Part shown: positions 18,844-29,445 of the stretch, one piece after another
How positions within the stretch are numbered: position 1 is the first letter of the stretch
Layout: the number at the start of each line of letters is the position of its first letter
NCBI GenBank assembly: GCA_043802525.1
Contig: JAZDKY010000062.1
Span: forward strand, 8,446-72,445
Source: a bacterium
GTDB taxonomy: Bacteria > Verrucomicrobiota > Kiritimatiellia > CAIVKH01
Reading direction: 5' to 3'
Length of the DNA: 64,000 nucleotides
Position numbers and translations under genes: made by a program
Notes under the pieces: model-generated
Seen by the model: only the letters and a program-made list of their open reading frames with translations
Databases searched by the model: none
Told to the model about the DNA's origin: nothing

Positions 18844-20021
18844 GAATCCTCTTCATCAACCGCATGGCCTCCATGGTCCGCGGGGGCGGTGAGACGTTCG
18901 ACCTTGAGGTCGCGCGCCATCTGCAGAAGCTGGGCTGCGACATCACGTTCCTGTCGGGCATCCCGCTTCGCGGCGAGGCCCTGTCGCCGATCACGTTTGC
19001 CCGATCCGTGACCCTGCGGTCGCCCTACACGGGCTGGTTCCGTTGGGACCAGGTGCGCGGAGGCTGGCGCCTCCGTTTTGCGGATTTCTGGATCTTCGAA
19101 CAGCGTGCGGCCGCGTGGGCCGCTCGGCATCGCGGGGAATTCGATGTGATCCAGGTGTGCGAGCTGCCCACGTTTGTGAAGGCCTGGAAGCAGAAGAAAC
19201 TCCCCAACCCCGTGGTGATGCGTCTGACCGCGCCCGACTACCACGACCCGCACGGCGCGGTCAACATGGCGGACGCCATCATCGCGGGCGGCGCCACGCT
19301 CATGAAGGCGCAGTCGCGCATCCGCCGCGAATGCGTCAATGTGCCAAACGGCGTGGATACCGATATCTTCCGCCCCCATGTGTCCGACTTTCGAAACCGG
19401 CGCGGCATCGTCGCGAGTACATTTGTCGTGCTCTTCGTGGCGCGATTCCAAGGCGTAAAAAACCATCGGATGCTCCTTGAGGCATTCTCGCTATTTTCAG
19501 CTCGCCGCCCTGACAGCCTGCTCCTGCTCGCCGGCAGCGGTCCCCTGGAGGGCACCATCCGCGCATGCTGCTCGGAACTCGGGCTGACGAACAGAGTGCG
19601 CTTTCTCGGAGAGACGCCGTTTGGAGAGCTGCCGGACGTGTATGCGGCTTCCGATCTGAAGGTGATCTCGAGCGACTACGAATCCTTCTGCTTTGCGGCG
19701 CTGGAGGCGATGGCCACGGAACTGCCGCTGGTCGTGACCGACACGGACTGGGTTCCCCGCTTGATCGAACAGGACCAGGGTGGGCGCGTCGTGGCGCGCG
19801 GCAACGCCGAGCAATTCGCCAGCGCGATGCTGGAACTGGCCGGAAACCCGCTCCTGAGGAAACAGATGGGCGAGTGGAACCGCAGGCATGTCCTGTCGCG
19901 GTTTGACTGGCAGAGCAGTGCGCGCAAGTTGCTGGATGTCTATGAAAGGCTACTTGCTTCTCGTCCGCCCGCGGCCGATGAGATATCAGTAGAACCCTTA
20001 CCGGCTTGGCCGGGAGGCTGA
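18840..20021 (+). CDS. GT4 glycosyltransferase (canonical start missing; CTG at 18840 or ATG at 18864)
   Basis: (L)RILFINRMASMVRGGGE, PNGVDT, KNH, ESFCFAALEAMA. Confidence 0.88.
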   Translation: MRILFINRMASMVRGGGETFDLEVARHLQKLGCDITFLSGIPLRGEALSPITFARSVTLRSPYTGWFRWDQVRGGWRLRFADFWIFEQRAAAWAARHRGEFDVIQVCELPTFVKAWKQKKLPNPVVMRLTAPDYHDPHGAVNMADAIIAGGATLMKAQSRIRRECVNVPNGVDTDIFRPHVSDFRNRRGIVASTFVVLFVARFQGVKNHRMLLEAFSLFSARRPDSLLLLAGSGPLEGTIRACCSELGLTNRVRFLGETPFGELPDVYAASDLKVISSDYESFCFAALEAMATELPLVVTDTDWVPRLIEQDQGGRVVARGNAEQFASAMLELAGNPLLRKQMGEWNRRHVLSRFDWQSSARKLLDVYERLLASRPPAADEISVEPLPAWPGG

Positions 20022-20064
20022 ACCAGTGTCGTGAGTTACACGTTCGATGGACAATGAAACCCTA

Positions 20065-20340
20065 GCGCGGCAGAGCCGCAACAAAATCGGAGTTGTCCAT
20101 AGAACCCTCCTAATGCGGGCAGGCACACAGAAGGGAAGAACGCGATGGCCACGAAAACTCGCGGAAAACACAAGAGGCGATGGCCACAAGAAACACCATA
20201 ACCCCACCCCCTATAACCCTTCTGAGACAGGGTTATTGGGGCGGAGTGTTCTCGTGTTTTTCGTGGCCAATCCTCTTTGTGCTTCGTGCCCGCCGTGCGA
20301 CCCTCAACGAGTGAAGTAGGGTGCATCTTTGTGGCCATTC
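20065..20340. repeat. Intergenic fold-back cassette (GCGCGGCAGAGCCGCAAC end motif plus GCCAC...GTGGC core)
   Basis: Homologous to 31891-32084; core 20146-20269 is bounded by TGGCCA. Confidence 0.75.
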
Positions 20341-20397
20341 CGGAAGACCTTTTTGGGAAAACAAGAGTTCCAACATGTGTAGTATAGGTCACTAACC

Positions 20398-21768
20398 GTG
20401 TTCTCCCTTCATCCTCAGATATCGGCCTGGCTCGCGACGTCGCTCGTCGATCGCGACGAGCAACACCGGCGGCGCGTGCTGGCGGCGTTCGAAGACCATC
20501 ACCACGTTGATTTCTATGACCGGTCCCTGTTGGAGGAAACCCGGAATGCGCGTCTCGTGAACCTCCTGACGCACGCCCGCGAGAGGGTCCCGTGGTTTCG
20601 CGAGCATCTGAAGCGAGCCAGGATCAATCCTGCCGGCGTAATGGCGGCTCTGCGGGATCTGCCGCCGATGCGCAGGGTGGACATACAGACTGACATCAGC
20701 CGCTATGTGGATGAGGCCTGCGGGACGGTGATCGATGACCACACAGGTGGTTCCACCGGGACGCCGATGACGTTCAAGGTCGATACCATGACGCAGATAG
20801 CCCGCGAGACATCGCTCATGTGGGCGGACCAGATGGCGGGATGGTCATACGGCGAACGCATAGCCATGCTTTGGGGGTCGCACCGCGATGTGGACAATGC
20901 GACACTCCGGCTCCGGCTCATGCTCCGGTGGTGGCTTGACAACCGGCGCTGGTTCAATGCTTTCGACATGGGGGAGGACCAGATGGAGAGCTTCCATCGG
21001 GGACTTTCCAGATTCAAGCCGCACATTCTGGTCGCGTACGCGGGTTCCATGTTCTCGTTCGCACGTTTTCTGAAGGCGAACGGCATGAAACCGCGCTATC
21101 CGATCCGGGCCATTGTCAGTTCGGCCGAGGTCATGACGCCCGACATGCGCAGCACGGTGGAGCAGGTCTTCGGCAAGCCGGTCTACGACCGCTATGGAAA
21201 CCGCGAATGCGGCGCGATCGCGGCGGAATGCGGGCACCATGCCGGTCTGCACGTCAACGAATCGGATTGCCTCATCGAAATCGACAGCCCGGACCCCTTT
21301 CACATTCCAGGGCAAATTCTTGTCACGTACCTCCGAAACTACGCCATGCCGCTGATTCGGTACGAGACGGGCGATGTGGCCATGTTTAAGTCGCGCGATG
21401 CGTGCGCGTGCGGTCGGTCGACACTTCGTTTGTCCCACGTGCTGGGCAGGCAATCCGACCTGATCCGTACGGCGGAGGGGAGTTTTATCCACGGTGAATT
21501 TTTCACGCACGTGCTCTATGGCAGTGACGCCGTTCGCGAATTCCAATTCGTCCAGGAATCGCTGAATGCCTACACGTTGCGGCTGGTGGCAGACCGCGCG
21601 CGGACCGCGCCGATGGAGCAGGACTGGCGCGGACAGATCCTCGGCGTCGTAGGTCGTCGATGCAAGCTGTCGATCGAGTATGTCGACAGCATTCCGACCC
21701 TGCCGTCGGGCAAGCGGAAGTTCACGTTGTCACTTTTGGATGCCACCGCCTCAGAGAGCAGATTATGA
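20398..21768 (+). CDS. CapK / phenylacetate-CoA ligase-like adenylate-forming protein
   Basis: TGGSTGTP, YGNRECG, MPLIRYETGD, GRQSD, LPSGKRK; GTG start. Confidence 0.88.
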   Translation: MFSLHPQISAWLATSLVDRDEQHRRRVLAAFEDHHHVDFYDRSLLEETRNARLVNLLTHARERVPWFREHLKRARINPAGVMAALRDLPPMRRVDIQTDISRYVDEACGTVIDDHTGGSTGTPMTFKVDTMTQIARETSLMWADQMAGWSYGERIAMLWGSHRDVDNATLRLRLMLRWWLDNRRWFNAFDMGEDQMESFHRGLSRFKPHILVAYAGSMFSFARFLKANGMKPRYPIRAIVSSAEVMTPDMRSTVEQVFGKPVYDRYGNRECGAIAAECGHHAGLHVNESDCLIEIDSPDPFHIPGQILVTYLRNYAMPLIRYETGDVAMFKSRDACACGRSTLRLSHVLGRQSDLIRTAEGSFIHGEFFTHVLYGSDAVREFQFVQESLNAYTLRLVADRARTAPMEQDWRGQILGVVGRRCKLSIEYVDSIPTLPSGKRKFTLSLLDATASESRL

Positions 21769-22589
21769 GCCTCGCGTCACTGTATCAGCGCGGTCGAAAG
21801 TATCTTCCGTTTGCCATCCGGCGACAGGTGGCTCTATGGCGACTGTCCGAGATCAACGAATTCGCCGTCGTGTACCATAGCCTCGGACGCCGGACGGGTA
21901 TCATGCTGGACGTGGGCGCGGCGCACGGAAGCTGTCACCAGATGTACGCGGGCGACGGATGGACGGTCCATGCCTTCGAACCCGACCCGCGGACCGCCGA
22001 CGAGCTCAGCCGGCGAGATGCACAACAACCTAGCGTACACGTTGAATGCTGTGCCGTCAGTGATATGTCCAGTCGGAGGGTGCCCTTTTACCGCAGTCCG
22101 GTCTCGCCGGGCCTGACATCCTTGACGCCCTTCACGACGGAACACGAGCTGGCCGGTTACGTTGCAACGGTCACCCTGGCGGAATTTGCGCGGGAACGAG
22201 GGATCACGACAGTGGATTTCCTGAAGATTGACGCGGAAGGCTTTGATCTCATGGTGCTGAAGGGGAACGACTGGGACCTGTTGCGGCCGGACGTCATTCA
22301 GTGTGAGTTCGAAGACAGGAAAACCGTACCGCTGGGTTATGCGTTTGACGACCTGGCCCGATATCTGACTGACCGGGGATATTCCGTCCTGGTTTCGGAA
22401 TGGTACCCGATTGAAAAATACGGCGAATGGCCGCGGTGGCGGAAGTTCCAGACTTATCCCTGTCGCCTGACGGATGTGCACGCATGCGGAAATCTCATTG
22501 CTTGCAAGGATGGGGAACTGTTTTCCCAGCTCCTTCAAACGGCTGGGCAATTCGCCGAACGCTATCACCGGGTTATGGTCTCGCGGTAG
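21765..22589 (+). CDS. FkbM family methyltransferase
   Basis: DVGAAHG, AFEPDP, DFLKIDAEGFDLMVLKG; ATGA overlap at 21765. Confidence 0.9.
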   Translation: MSLASLYQRGRKYLPFAIRRQVALWRLSEINEFAVVYHSLGRRTGIMLDVGAAHGSCHQMYAGDGWTVHAFEPDPRTADELSRRDAQQPSVHVECCAVSDMSSRRVPFYRSPVSPGLTSLTPFTTEHELAGYVATVTLAEFARERGITTVDFLKIDAEGFDLMVLKGNDWDLLRPDVIQCEFEDRKTVPLGYAFDDLARYLTDRGYSVLVSEWYPIEKYGEWPRWRKFQTYPCRLTDVHACGNLIACKDGELFSQLLQTAGQFAERYHRVMVSR

Positions 22590-22627
22590 CCGGGCGCGGA
22601 AGCATGCCCTACGGGGCAGAAGCACTA

Positions 22628-22679
22628 GCCCGGATTATTCGCGAAGCGCGAACAATCCGCGTTCATGAATAAACCGGGC
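22628..22679. mobile_element. MITE-B, minimal 52-bp copy (possible bidirectional terminator)
   Basis: TA|GCCCGGATTATTC...GAATAAACCGGGC|TA between convergent genes; overlaps the TAG of the minus-strand gene. Confidence 0.72.
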
Positions 22680-23698
22680 TAGCCTCGGCAGACCAAGTTG
22701 TAAACTTCGAGCACGCGCTGGGCGATCTGGGGCCAGGAGAAGGTTTTGCCCTCCCGTCGGGTTTGATCCCGCAATCCCCGGAACGTATCGTCTGACATGT
22801 CGTGGAGTCGGTGCAGCAAGTTGAGGGCGTTCTCGGCACCTGAGAAAAGAGCGGTGCTGGAAACCGCGTAGTCTCTGACTCCGGGCAGGTCCGTGCAGAC
22901 GGCGGGGAGGCCCACGCTGTGGGCCTCCAGCAAGGCGTTGTTGGCGGTTGCGAAGGTTACCGGCATGAACAGAACGTGGGACCGATTGAGCACGCCGTAG
23001 TATTCCGCTTCCGCCAGCCGGCTGTGAACGATCGCGCTGGGCAGCGACTCGAATTCCCGGCGTCGTCCCGCGGGAAGTCCGATGAGGTGGAAACGCCAGT
23101 CCAAATGCCGGTCTGCGGCCTGCTGCATGACCGACTTCAGGACGGTCCAGTCCCGGTAGTTGCTTCCGACCACGGCAATGTTGAACGAAGCAGCCTCGCG
23201 GTGCGCGTCCCGGTCTCGGTGCGGGTGGTCCACGATGCATCCGTGCGGAATGAAGCGGACGATTTTATCAGGCAGGTGCCCGTGCACCTCGTCGGCCTGG
23301 CCGGACGTCAGCGTGATGATGCCGTCGAGCTTCTGGAGGGCTGCGATGCTGTGCGGCAGGGAATAGTAGTCGAGCGGGAGATGGACGGTTCCGACGAGCT
23401 TCACGCGCGGGTGCAGGCATCGAGCCGCAGCGAACAGCAGGCGAAGATGGTTTTCCGCATACAGGAAGTGCACGAGATCCGATCGCGCGGCCGCCATGAG
23501 AATGCGCGCGTCAAACCATTTCCGCCCGAACTGCCAGCGCAGGCTGCCTTCCGGAGCCTGCGCAAGGGCCACGTCCGTGGACCGGATGCAGGCCGCGTCG
23601 ACGAACCGGCACAACTGACCGTAACCGCTGCTCGCGTTATGGTGCGGATACATCCAGGCCGCGAGCAGGAGTTTCATACGATGGGGCGGTGTGTACAT
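22679..23698 (-). CDS. GT4 glycosyltransferase
   Basis: IPHG, NNALLEAHSVGLPAV, FSW; start may be MKLLL at 23677. Confidence 0.88.
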   Translation of the reverse strand: MYTPPHRMKLLLAAWMYPHHNASSGYGQLCRFVDAACIRSTDVALAQAPEGSLRWQFGRKWFDARILMAAARSDLVHFLYAENHLRLLFAAARCLHPRVKLVGTVHLPLDYYSLPHSIAALQKLDGIITLTSGQADEVHGHLPDKIVRFIPHGCIVDHPHRDRDAHREAASFNIAVVGSNYRDWTVLKSVMQQAADRHLDWRFHLIGLPAGRRREFESLPSAIVHSRLAEAEYYGVLNRSHVLFMPVTFATANNALLEAHSVGLPAVCTDLPGVRDYAVSSTALFSGAENALNLLHRLHDMSDDTFRGLRDQTRREGKTFSWPQIAQRVLEVYNLVCRG

Positions 23699-24498
23699 GG
23701 CGTCGTCGCCCGGCCGTTGTCGAAGCCCTGGGAGACCTTCCCATCCGCTGCACGGCGTGCGTAGATCATGGGGGGCACGGTGCGGACTTCATAGCCGCGG
23801 CTCCTGAGAAATTCCGCGAGGCGCGATGGAGACACGCCGAGTTCCTCGTGGTATTCGAGCGCGATGGTCGAGATGCGCGAAAACAAGTCGTCGCTGAATG
23901 ACCGGAGCAACTCGTCTTCGGTTCCTTCACAATCCATCTTGAGGAAATCGATGCGCGAAACGGCCCATTCGCTCATCACATCTGCGAGTGACGCGGCCCG
24001 GACGGATATTTTCCGTGCCCCGGCGGTCACGGCTCGCATGGAGTGGCCCGCCGTGTTGTCCGGATGCACGTAGAAATTGAATTCGCCGGACTGCGGGGCC
24101 ACCGCGCATTGCACGAGCGCGAGGGCGCTTGCACCGTTCACCTCCGCATTCTCCTTCAGAATTCGGAAATTGTCGGGCATGGGCTCCACCGCAATCACCC
24201 GGCCGGCGCCGGCCACGTGCGCGGCCTGAAGCGCAAACAACCCGATGTGCGCGCCGATGTCCACCACGACGTCGCCCTTCTTCACGCTGAAGGGAGGCCG
24301 TTCGTACGACCGGTGGTAGAACACCTCGCGAAGAATTCGGAAGTCAGCCGTGCGGTCGCGGAGTTTCACGGAAAGGCCGTTGCGCAGATGGTAGACCGTT
24401 TCCCGTCCCGGTTTCGCGAACCAGTACGCGCCGACCAGCGAGGGGAAATTTCGCACGAGACACGCAGCGATCCAGATATTTTGAAAAAATCGCAGCAT
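23674..24498 (-). CDS. FkbM family methyltransferase
   Basis: VVDIGAHIG, AVEPMPDNF, IDFLKMDCEGTE, LEYH. Confidence 0.92.
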   Translation of the reverse strand: MLRFFQNIWIAACLVRNFPSLVGAYWFAKPGRETVYHLRNGLSVKLRDRTADFRILREVFYHRSYERPPFSVKKGDVVVDIGAHIGLFALQAAHVAGAGRVIAVEPMPDNFRILKENAEVNGASALALVQCAVAPQSGEFNFYVHPDNTAGHSMRAVTAGARKISVRAASLADVMSEWAVSRIDFLKMDCEGTEDELLRSFSDDLFSRISTIALEYHEELGVSPSRLAEFLRSRGYEVRTVPPMIYARRAADGKVSQGFDNGRATTPCTHRPIV

Positions 24499-24507
24499 GT
24501 GCCGTCC

Positions 24508-25431
24508 CTAGGTTCTGGCGGACGCGGCACCCGCGCCCGCCTCGGCGGCCAGCCGCCGCTCCGTGCCCACCATGTCGCGGACAAGCCGCCAGGCGGCCGC
24601 CGGAAGCGGCCGGCGCCGTCCAGTCCGGAATCCCGTGACGGCTTCGAAGATGCCTTTTGCGTAGTCGCCCATCTGTCCCTGCTCCCAAGCGTCGCGGAGC
24701 AGGCTGACCGCCACGTTCGAGGCGCTGAGCGCTGCATGGGGGAAGGGGAAAAGTTCCATGCGCATCCACAGATGGTTCCGCACGTGCTTGGTGAACTCGG
24801 CGCCCGTGCGGGCGCGGGGCGTTACCGCATGAATGATTTTTACGTCGGGCAGATAGAGAACGCGATATCCCCCGCCAATGATGCTGAGGGCGAAGTAGGC
24901 ATCCTCGGCGCCATAGGGTGAGAAATGTTCGGGAAAACCGTTGACTTGTTCAAACACGTTTCGCCGCACGGCGAAGGCGCAGCCGTCGCAGCGGCTGGTG
25001 TCAAACGTCCGATCCTTCCACACGCCCGCCGGCCGTGCGAAAGGCCAGGCGAGGTGGCCGTTCGGTTTGCGCACTTCGAAGGAAATGCAGCCGATCGCCG
25101 GATCGCCTTGCAGGGAATCGGCGATGATGCGCAGGGAGTCGTTGCGTTCAAAAATAGCATCGCTGTCCAGCGAGACGATGGCATCGCCCCTGGCGAGGCG
25201 AAATGAACGGTTCCGGCCTCCGGCGACGCCGTAATTGGCATCGCCCCAGACGAGGCGGACTCGGGGCTTGTTCTCCAGTTGCCCGCGAAGAAGTTCCTTC
25301 GAGGCCTCGTTGGAGCAGTTGTCCCAGACGATAACCTCGTAGTCGGAGAAATCCTGCCGGGTAACCGATCCCACAGCCTGGATCGTGTCATCGGGTCGGT
25401 TCCAGTTCAGGATGACAATGCTGAGAAACAT
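24508..25431 (-). CDS. GT2 glycosyltransferase
   Basis: MFLSIVILNWNR, DNCS, GVAGGRN, LDSD, YGAED. Confidence 0.92.
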   Translation of the reverse strand: MFLSIVILNWNRPDDTIQAVGSVTRQDFSDYEVIVWDNCSNEASKELLRGQLENKPRVRLVWGDANYGVAGGRNRSFRLARGDAIVSLDSDAIFERNDSLRIIADSLQGDPAIGCISFEVRKPNGHLAWPFARPAGVWKDRTFDTSRCDGCAFAVRRNVFEQVNGFPEHFSPYGAEDAYFALSIIGGGYRVLYLPDVKIIHAVTPRARTGAEFTKHVRNHLWMRMELFPFPHAALSASNVAVSLLRDAWEQGQMGDYAKGIFEAVTGFRTGRRRPLPAAAWRLVRDMVGTERRLAAEAGAGAASART

Positions 25432-25550
25432 TTGTTCGCTGCCAAGTCGATTCAAACTAGTATAGAGTGATCTCGAAGGACTGCAAAGACGCAATCGGGC
25501 ATGCTGCAGCCGGAGAGGCGAAAGCGGACAGGGCACCAGGCCGGTTTACC

Positions 25551-26591
25551 ATGAGCGGTATCAAGGAAAACGTGACACGTGTGCTCACGGGGCTGCGCGC
25601 CGACCGGTGTGCCGCGTTGTACTACGGCGGAAGCGGAAGCATCCTCATGTTCCACCGCGTCGTGCAGGAAAACGGTTCGAATCCGCGACTGCAGAACGTA
25701 TCCATCGAGGTGTCGACGGCATACCTCGAGATGATCGTCGACCACCTGAAGTCCGAGTACGATGTCATTCCTCTCGGCGATGTGCCGGGCCGTCTTCGTG
25801 CGCGGGGCGGGCGCCGTTTCGCCGTGTTGACGTTTGACGACGGGTACCTGGACAACTTCACGCTGGCCTATCCGATATTGAAGCGGCAGGACGTACCCTT
25901 TACCGTTTTTGTCTGCACGTCGTTCCCGGACAGAAACGTCGCCATCTGGTTCTACGCGCTGGAGGATCTGCTGCTGGGCCGCGACAGCGTGATGCTGACG
26001 TGGCGTGGGGCCGTCAGGACCTGGCCTGCGCGCAACCTGGCGGAGAAGCGCGAGGCGTTCGAGGCCCTATGGGACTTGATTTTCAACATGGCGCCTCCGG
26101 AGTGGGCGTCGCTCTGGCCGGAACTTTTCGAACGCCACGAAGTCGATCTGTCGCGCTATGCCCGCGAGATGTCGATGGATTGGGAACAGGTCCGGCAGCT
26201 TGCCCGTGACCCCCTGGTGACCATCGGAGCTCACACGGTTTCCCATGTCCCGCTGGCCCGCCTGAACGAGGATGACATGATGCGCGAGATGGCTGGTTCC
26301 CGGCAGCGGCTGGAGGATCGCCTCGGCATTCCGGTCCGGCATTTTGCTTATCCGTTCGGTTCAAGCGGCGCCGCAGGACCACGCGAATTCGCGGCCGCCG
26401 CGAGGGCGGGATTCAAAACCGCGGTGACGACGCGCCGGGGCAATATCTTCACATCGCATCTCGATCATCTGATGGTATTGCCGAGGATTGATACGGGGCG
26501 CACCCGTGGAGACCTTTCCTTCCTGCGATCACAACTGGGTGGACTGCGCGCCCTGGTCACGGGTCAGGTGAAACGGGTGGTGACGGCATGA
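25551..26591 (+). CDS. Polysaccharide deacetylase (CE4/NodB)
   Basis: LMFHRV, TFDDGY, GAHTVSH, FAYPFG, LPRI. Confidence 0.92.
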   Translation: MSGIKENVTRVLTGLRADRCAALYYGGSGSILMFHRVVQENGSNPRLQNVSIEVSTAYLEMIVDHLKSEYDVIPLGDVPGRLRARGGRRFAVLTFDDGYLDNFTLAYPILKRQDVPFTVFVCTSFPDRNVAIWFYALEDLLLGRDSVMLTWRGAVRTWPARNLAEKREAFEALWDLIFNMAPPEWASLWPELFERHEVDLSRYAREMSMDWEQVRQLARDPLVTIGAHTVSHVPLARLNEDDMMREMAGSRQRLEDRLGIPVRHFAYPFGSSGAAGPREFAAAARAGFKTAVTTRRGNIFTSHLDHLMVLPRIDTGRTRGDLSFLRSQLGGLRALVTGQVKRVVTA

Positions 26592-28320
26592 AACTCGGTG
26601 AAGCCCTCCAGGTGCTGTCGAACGTCGGCGCGCAGACCCCGGTGTTTCCGGTGTGTCTTGCCTCGGGCTTCACGCCGCTGCACCTGGCCACGCTGCTGTC
26701 CGCCGAACTGCAGAGGCAGTTGCCCGGGCGGCGCGTGAAGCTGGAGACCGGGTTGTTCGGCGATCTCTGCGGCACTATCCGTCGGGTGGCGGAAGGGTCG
26801 TACGAGGCTGTCTGCGTACAGGTGGAGTGGGCCGACCTTGACGCGCGATTGGGCCTGCGCCAGTCCGGAAGCTGGGATGTCGACGCGCTACCGGACGTGC
26901 TGTCGACCTGCTGCATGACCCTGCGCGCGCTCGAGGAATGCATCGGTCCGGCGGCATCCCGTATGCCCGTTGTGGTGTCGGTGCCGACCCTCCCGATTCC
27001 GCCGGTTTCGCACGAGGCGGGTGCGCAGGCGGGATTGTTTGAGCTGCAATTGCGGGCCGCTATCGCGGGGTGGCAGGCGAGGCTCTGCGCGCTGCCGGGC
27101 GTCCGCATGGTCCGATCCCAGGCGGTGGACGTCGTTTCCGCTCACGGGGAGCGATTCGACGTCCAGTCGGAGCTTCACTTCGGTTTTCCCTATTCGATGT
27201 CACACGCCGGCGCGCTTGCGGCAGTGCTCGCGGCGCTGGTCGTTCCGCCGGCGCCAAAGAAGGGGTTGATCACGGACCTGGATGACACCTTGTGGAAGGG
27301 CACGCTCGGCGAAGCGGGCGCGGACGGCATCAACTGGGATCTCGACCATGGAAGCCAGATTCACGGAGTCTACCAGCGGTTGCTGAACTCGCTGGCCAGC
27401 GCCGGGGTCCTGATCGGCGTCGCCACGCGCAACGAGGCGGCCGGCGTTCAAAAGGCCTTCGAACGCGCGGACATGATCCTCGACCGGAAGCGCGTGTATC
27501 CCATCGAGGCGGGGTGGGGACCGAAGTCCCCGCTCGTCCGCCGGATCCTCGACGCGTGGAATATCCGCGCCGACGACGTGGTCTTCGTGGACAATATGGC
27601 CGCCGAAATCGGCGAGGTTCAGCTCGCGTATCCGGGAATAGCGGGCGTGCTGTTCCCGGAGCATGCACAGGATGTTGCGGCCATGATGGAGCGCCTGCGC
27701 GACCTCTTTGGCAAGGAGCACGTCACGCACGAGGATGCGTTGCGGATCGGCAGCCTGCGCGGCGGCGAGGTGTTTCGGGAGGAAGCGGCGAAAAGCGGGA
27801 TTCCGCCGAGCTGTTCCTGTCGCAGGCCCAGGCAGAGCTGACGTTCACGCTGGAACCTCGAACCGAAGATGCGCGGACCTTCGAACTGGTCAACAAGACC
27901 AATCAGTTCAACCTGAATGCGCGACGGTTTACCGAGCAGGCATGGCGATCGCGCTGGGCTGGGAAGGACGCTTTCGTGCTGACGGCGGAATACCGGGACA
28001 AGTACGGGTCGCTTGGACGGATCGCCGTGCTCAGCGGATTCAAGCGTGGATCCGTGATCGATGCGGACGTATGGGTCATGAGTTGCCGGGCGTTTTCGCG
28101 GCGGATCGAGCATCAAACACTTGCGTTTCTGTTCGACAAGACCGGCGCATGCGAGATCGAGTTTGATTTTCAACAGACCGGGAAGAACACCATCCTGCGC
28201 GAATTCATGGACCGCTACACCAGCCCGGAGGGCGGTCGCCGGGTGTGCCGCCGCGCGGCATTCCTGCAGGCCGCCCCCCGGACGTATTTCATGATCAAGG
28301 AGGGGTCATATGGCGTCTGA
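26588..28320 (+). pseudogene. FkbH-like HAD-IIIC glyceryl transferase, split by a 1-nt frameshift near 27797
   Basis: KKGLITDLDDTLWKG and FVDN in the first frame; ELVNKTNQFNL, DKYG and WVMSCRAFSRRIE in the -1 frame. May be a sequencing error. Confidence 0.85.
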
Positions 28321-28552
28321 CGTGGAAGCGCGTGTCATCAAATGCTTCTCGCTTGTTTTCCCCGAGCTCGCGGCCGACGAGATCGAGACTGCGTCGCGGC
28401 AGACACTGCGTCGATGGGACTCGCTGGCCTCCGTCACGTTGTTCGCCGTGTTGGAGGAAGAGTTCAACATCAAGCTGGTACCGGAGGATTTCGTCATCCT
28501 GTCCTCGTTCAACGACATTCGCGAGCATGTACGTTTCCGGGTGGGTGGATGA
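28310..28552 (+). CDS. Acyl carrier protein
   Basis: 80 aa, acidic, WDSL phosphopantetheine site, LEEEFNI; GGAGG RBS. Confidence 0.9.
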   Translation: MASDVEARVIKCFSLVFPELAADEIETASRQTLRRWDSLASVTLFAVLEEEFNIKLVPEDFVILSSFNDIREHVRFRVGG

Positions 28553-29441
28553 GGGCTCCGTCCAGTTGGATCGTCTTATGGTAAAGATCGAAAAAACCAC
28601 GCCCGCCATGTCCGGGCAGATCCTCGACCTGCTGATGGAATTTCGCGCGGAGCGCATGACGCGCGACCTGTGGGCGCGCGTGCTGAACTGCGACTGGGGT
28701 CAGGAGGAGGATTACCACGGGCTGGCGTTGACCGAGGACGGCCGCGTGGTGGGCTTTCTCGGCATGATTTTCAGTGAACGCATGATTCGGCGGAAACGCC
28801 ACAAGTTCTGCAGCCTCGTGGGCTGGATCGTCCGGCCGGATTTCCGGAACCATAGTCTTTCCCTGCTCGCCCCGCTCCTCCAGATGAAGGACTACACCAT
28901 TACCAATCTCACGTCGTTTGCCGGAGGGGTGGAGATTATGCGGAGGATCGGCTTCCAAGTGCTTGACACCGAATCGTTGATGATTTCCGCTGTGCCGTCG
29001 TTCCTGGCTGTGCCGCGCGGGGCCGGGTGGTCGGTGACGGACAACCCGGCGGAACTGCGCCGCATCCTTGAGCCTGCAGATCGAAAGATATTTGAGGATC
29101 ACCAGCCGTACGACTGCCGGCATGCGCTCCTGTCCGACGGCGGCGCAAACTACTGCTACGTTGTGTTCACGGAGCGGGGTCGGTGCGGCGTGAAATACGG
29201 ATTTGCGCACTACATCAGCCATCCGTCCGTGTTCTTTGATCACTTGGGCTGCCTGAGAAACCATCTCCTTCGCAAGGGGGTGTGCATGCTGCTGGTCGAC
29301 AGACGCTACGCGGGCGACCGGCGTCCGGGCTTTTCCCTCGTGCGCGTGCTGTCGGTTCCCCGGCTCTATCGCCCGTCAGCAGGTATTTCCCCCGTGCTCG
29401 TCGACACGCTGTACTCCGAGTGGGTTATCCTTCGACGTTGA
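28545..29441 (+). CDS. GNAT-like acyltransferase (putative)
   Basis: DGRVVGFLG and WIVRPDFR resemble the GNAT core; follows the ACP; start uncertain (28545/28578). Confidence 0.6.
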   Translation: MDEGSVQLDRLMVKIEKTTPAMSGQILDLLMEFRAERMTRDLWARVLNCDWGQEEDYHGLALTEDGRVVGFLGMIFSERMIRRKRHKFCSLVGWIVRPDFRNHSLSLLAPLLQMKDYTITNLTSFAGGVEIMRRIGFQVLDTESLMISAVPSFLAVPRGAGWSVTDNPAELRRILEPADRKIFEDHQPYDCRHALLSDGGANYCYVVFTERGRCGVKYGFAHYISHPSVFFDHLGCLRNHLLRKGVCMLLVDRRYAGDRRPGFSLVRVLSVPRLYRPSAGISPVLVDTLYSEWVILRR

Positions 29442-29445
29442 CCGT

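Noticed and set aside
20036-20392. Small ORFs across intergenic cassettes (also 31824-32650, 46107-46726)
   Set aside because: They are translations of repeat arms with no RBS, family motif or coupling to neighbours.
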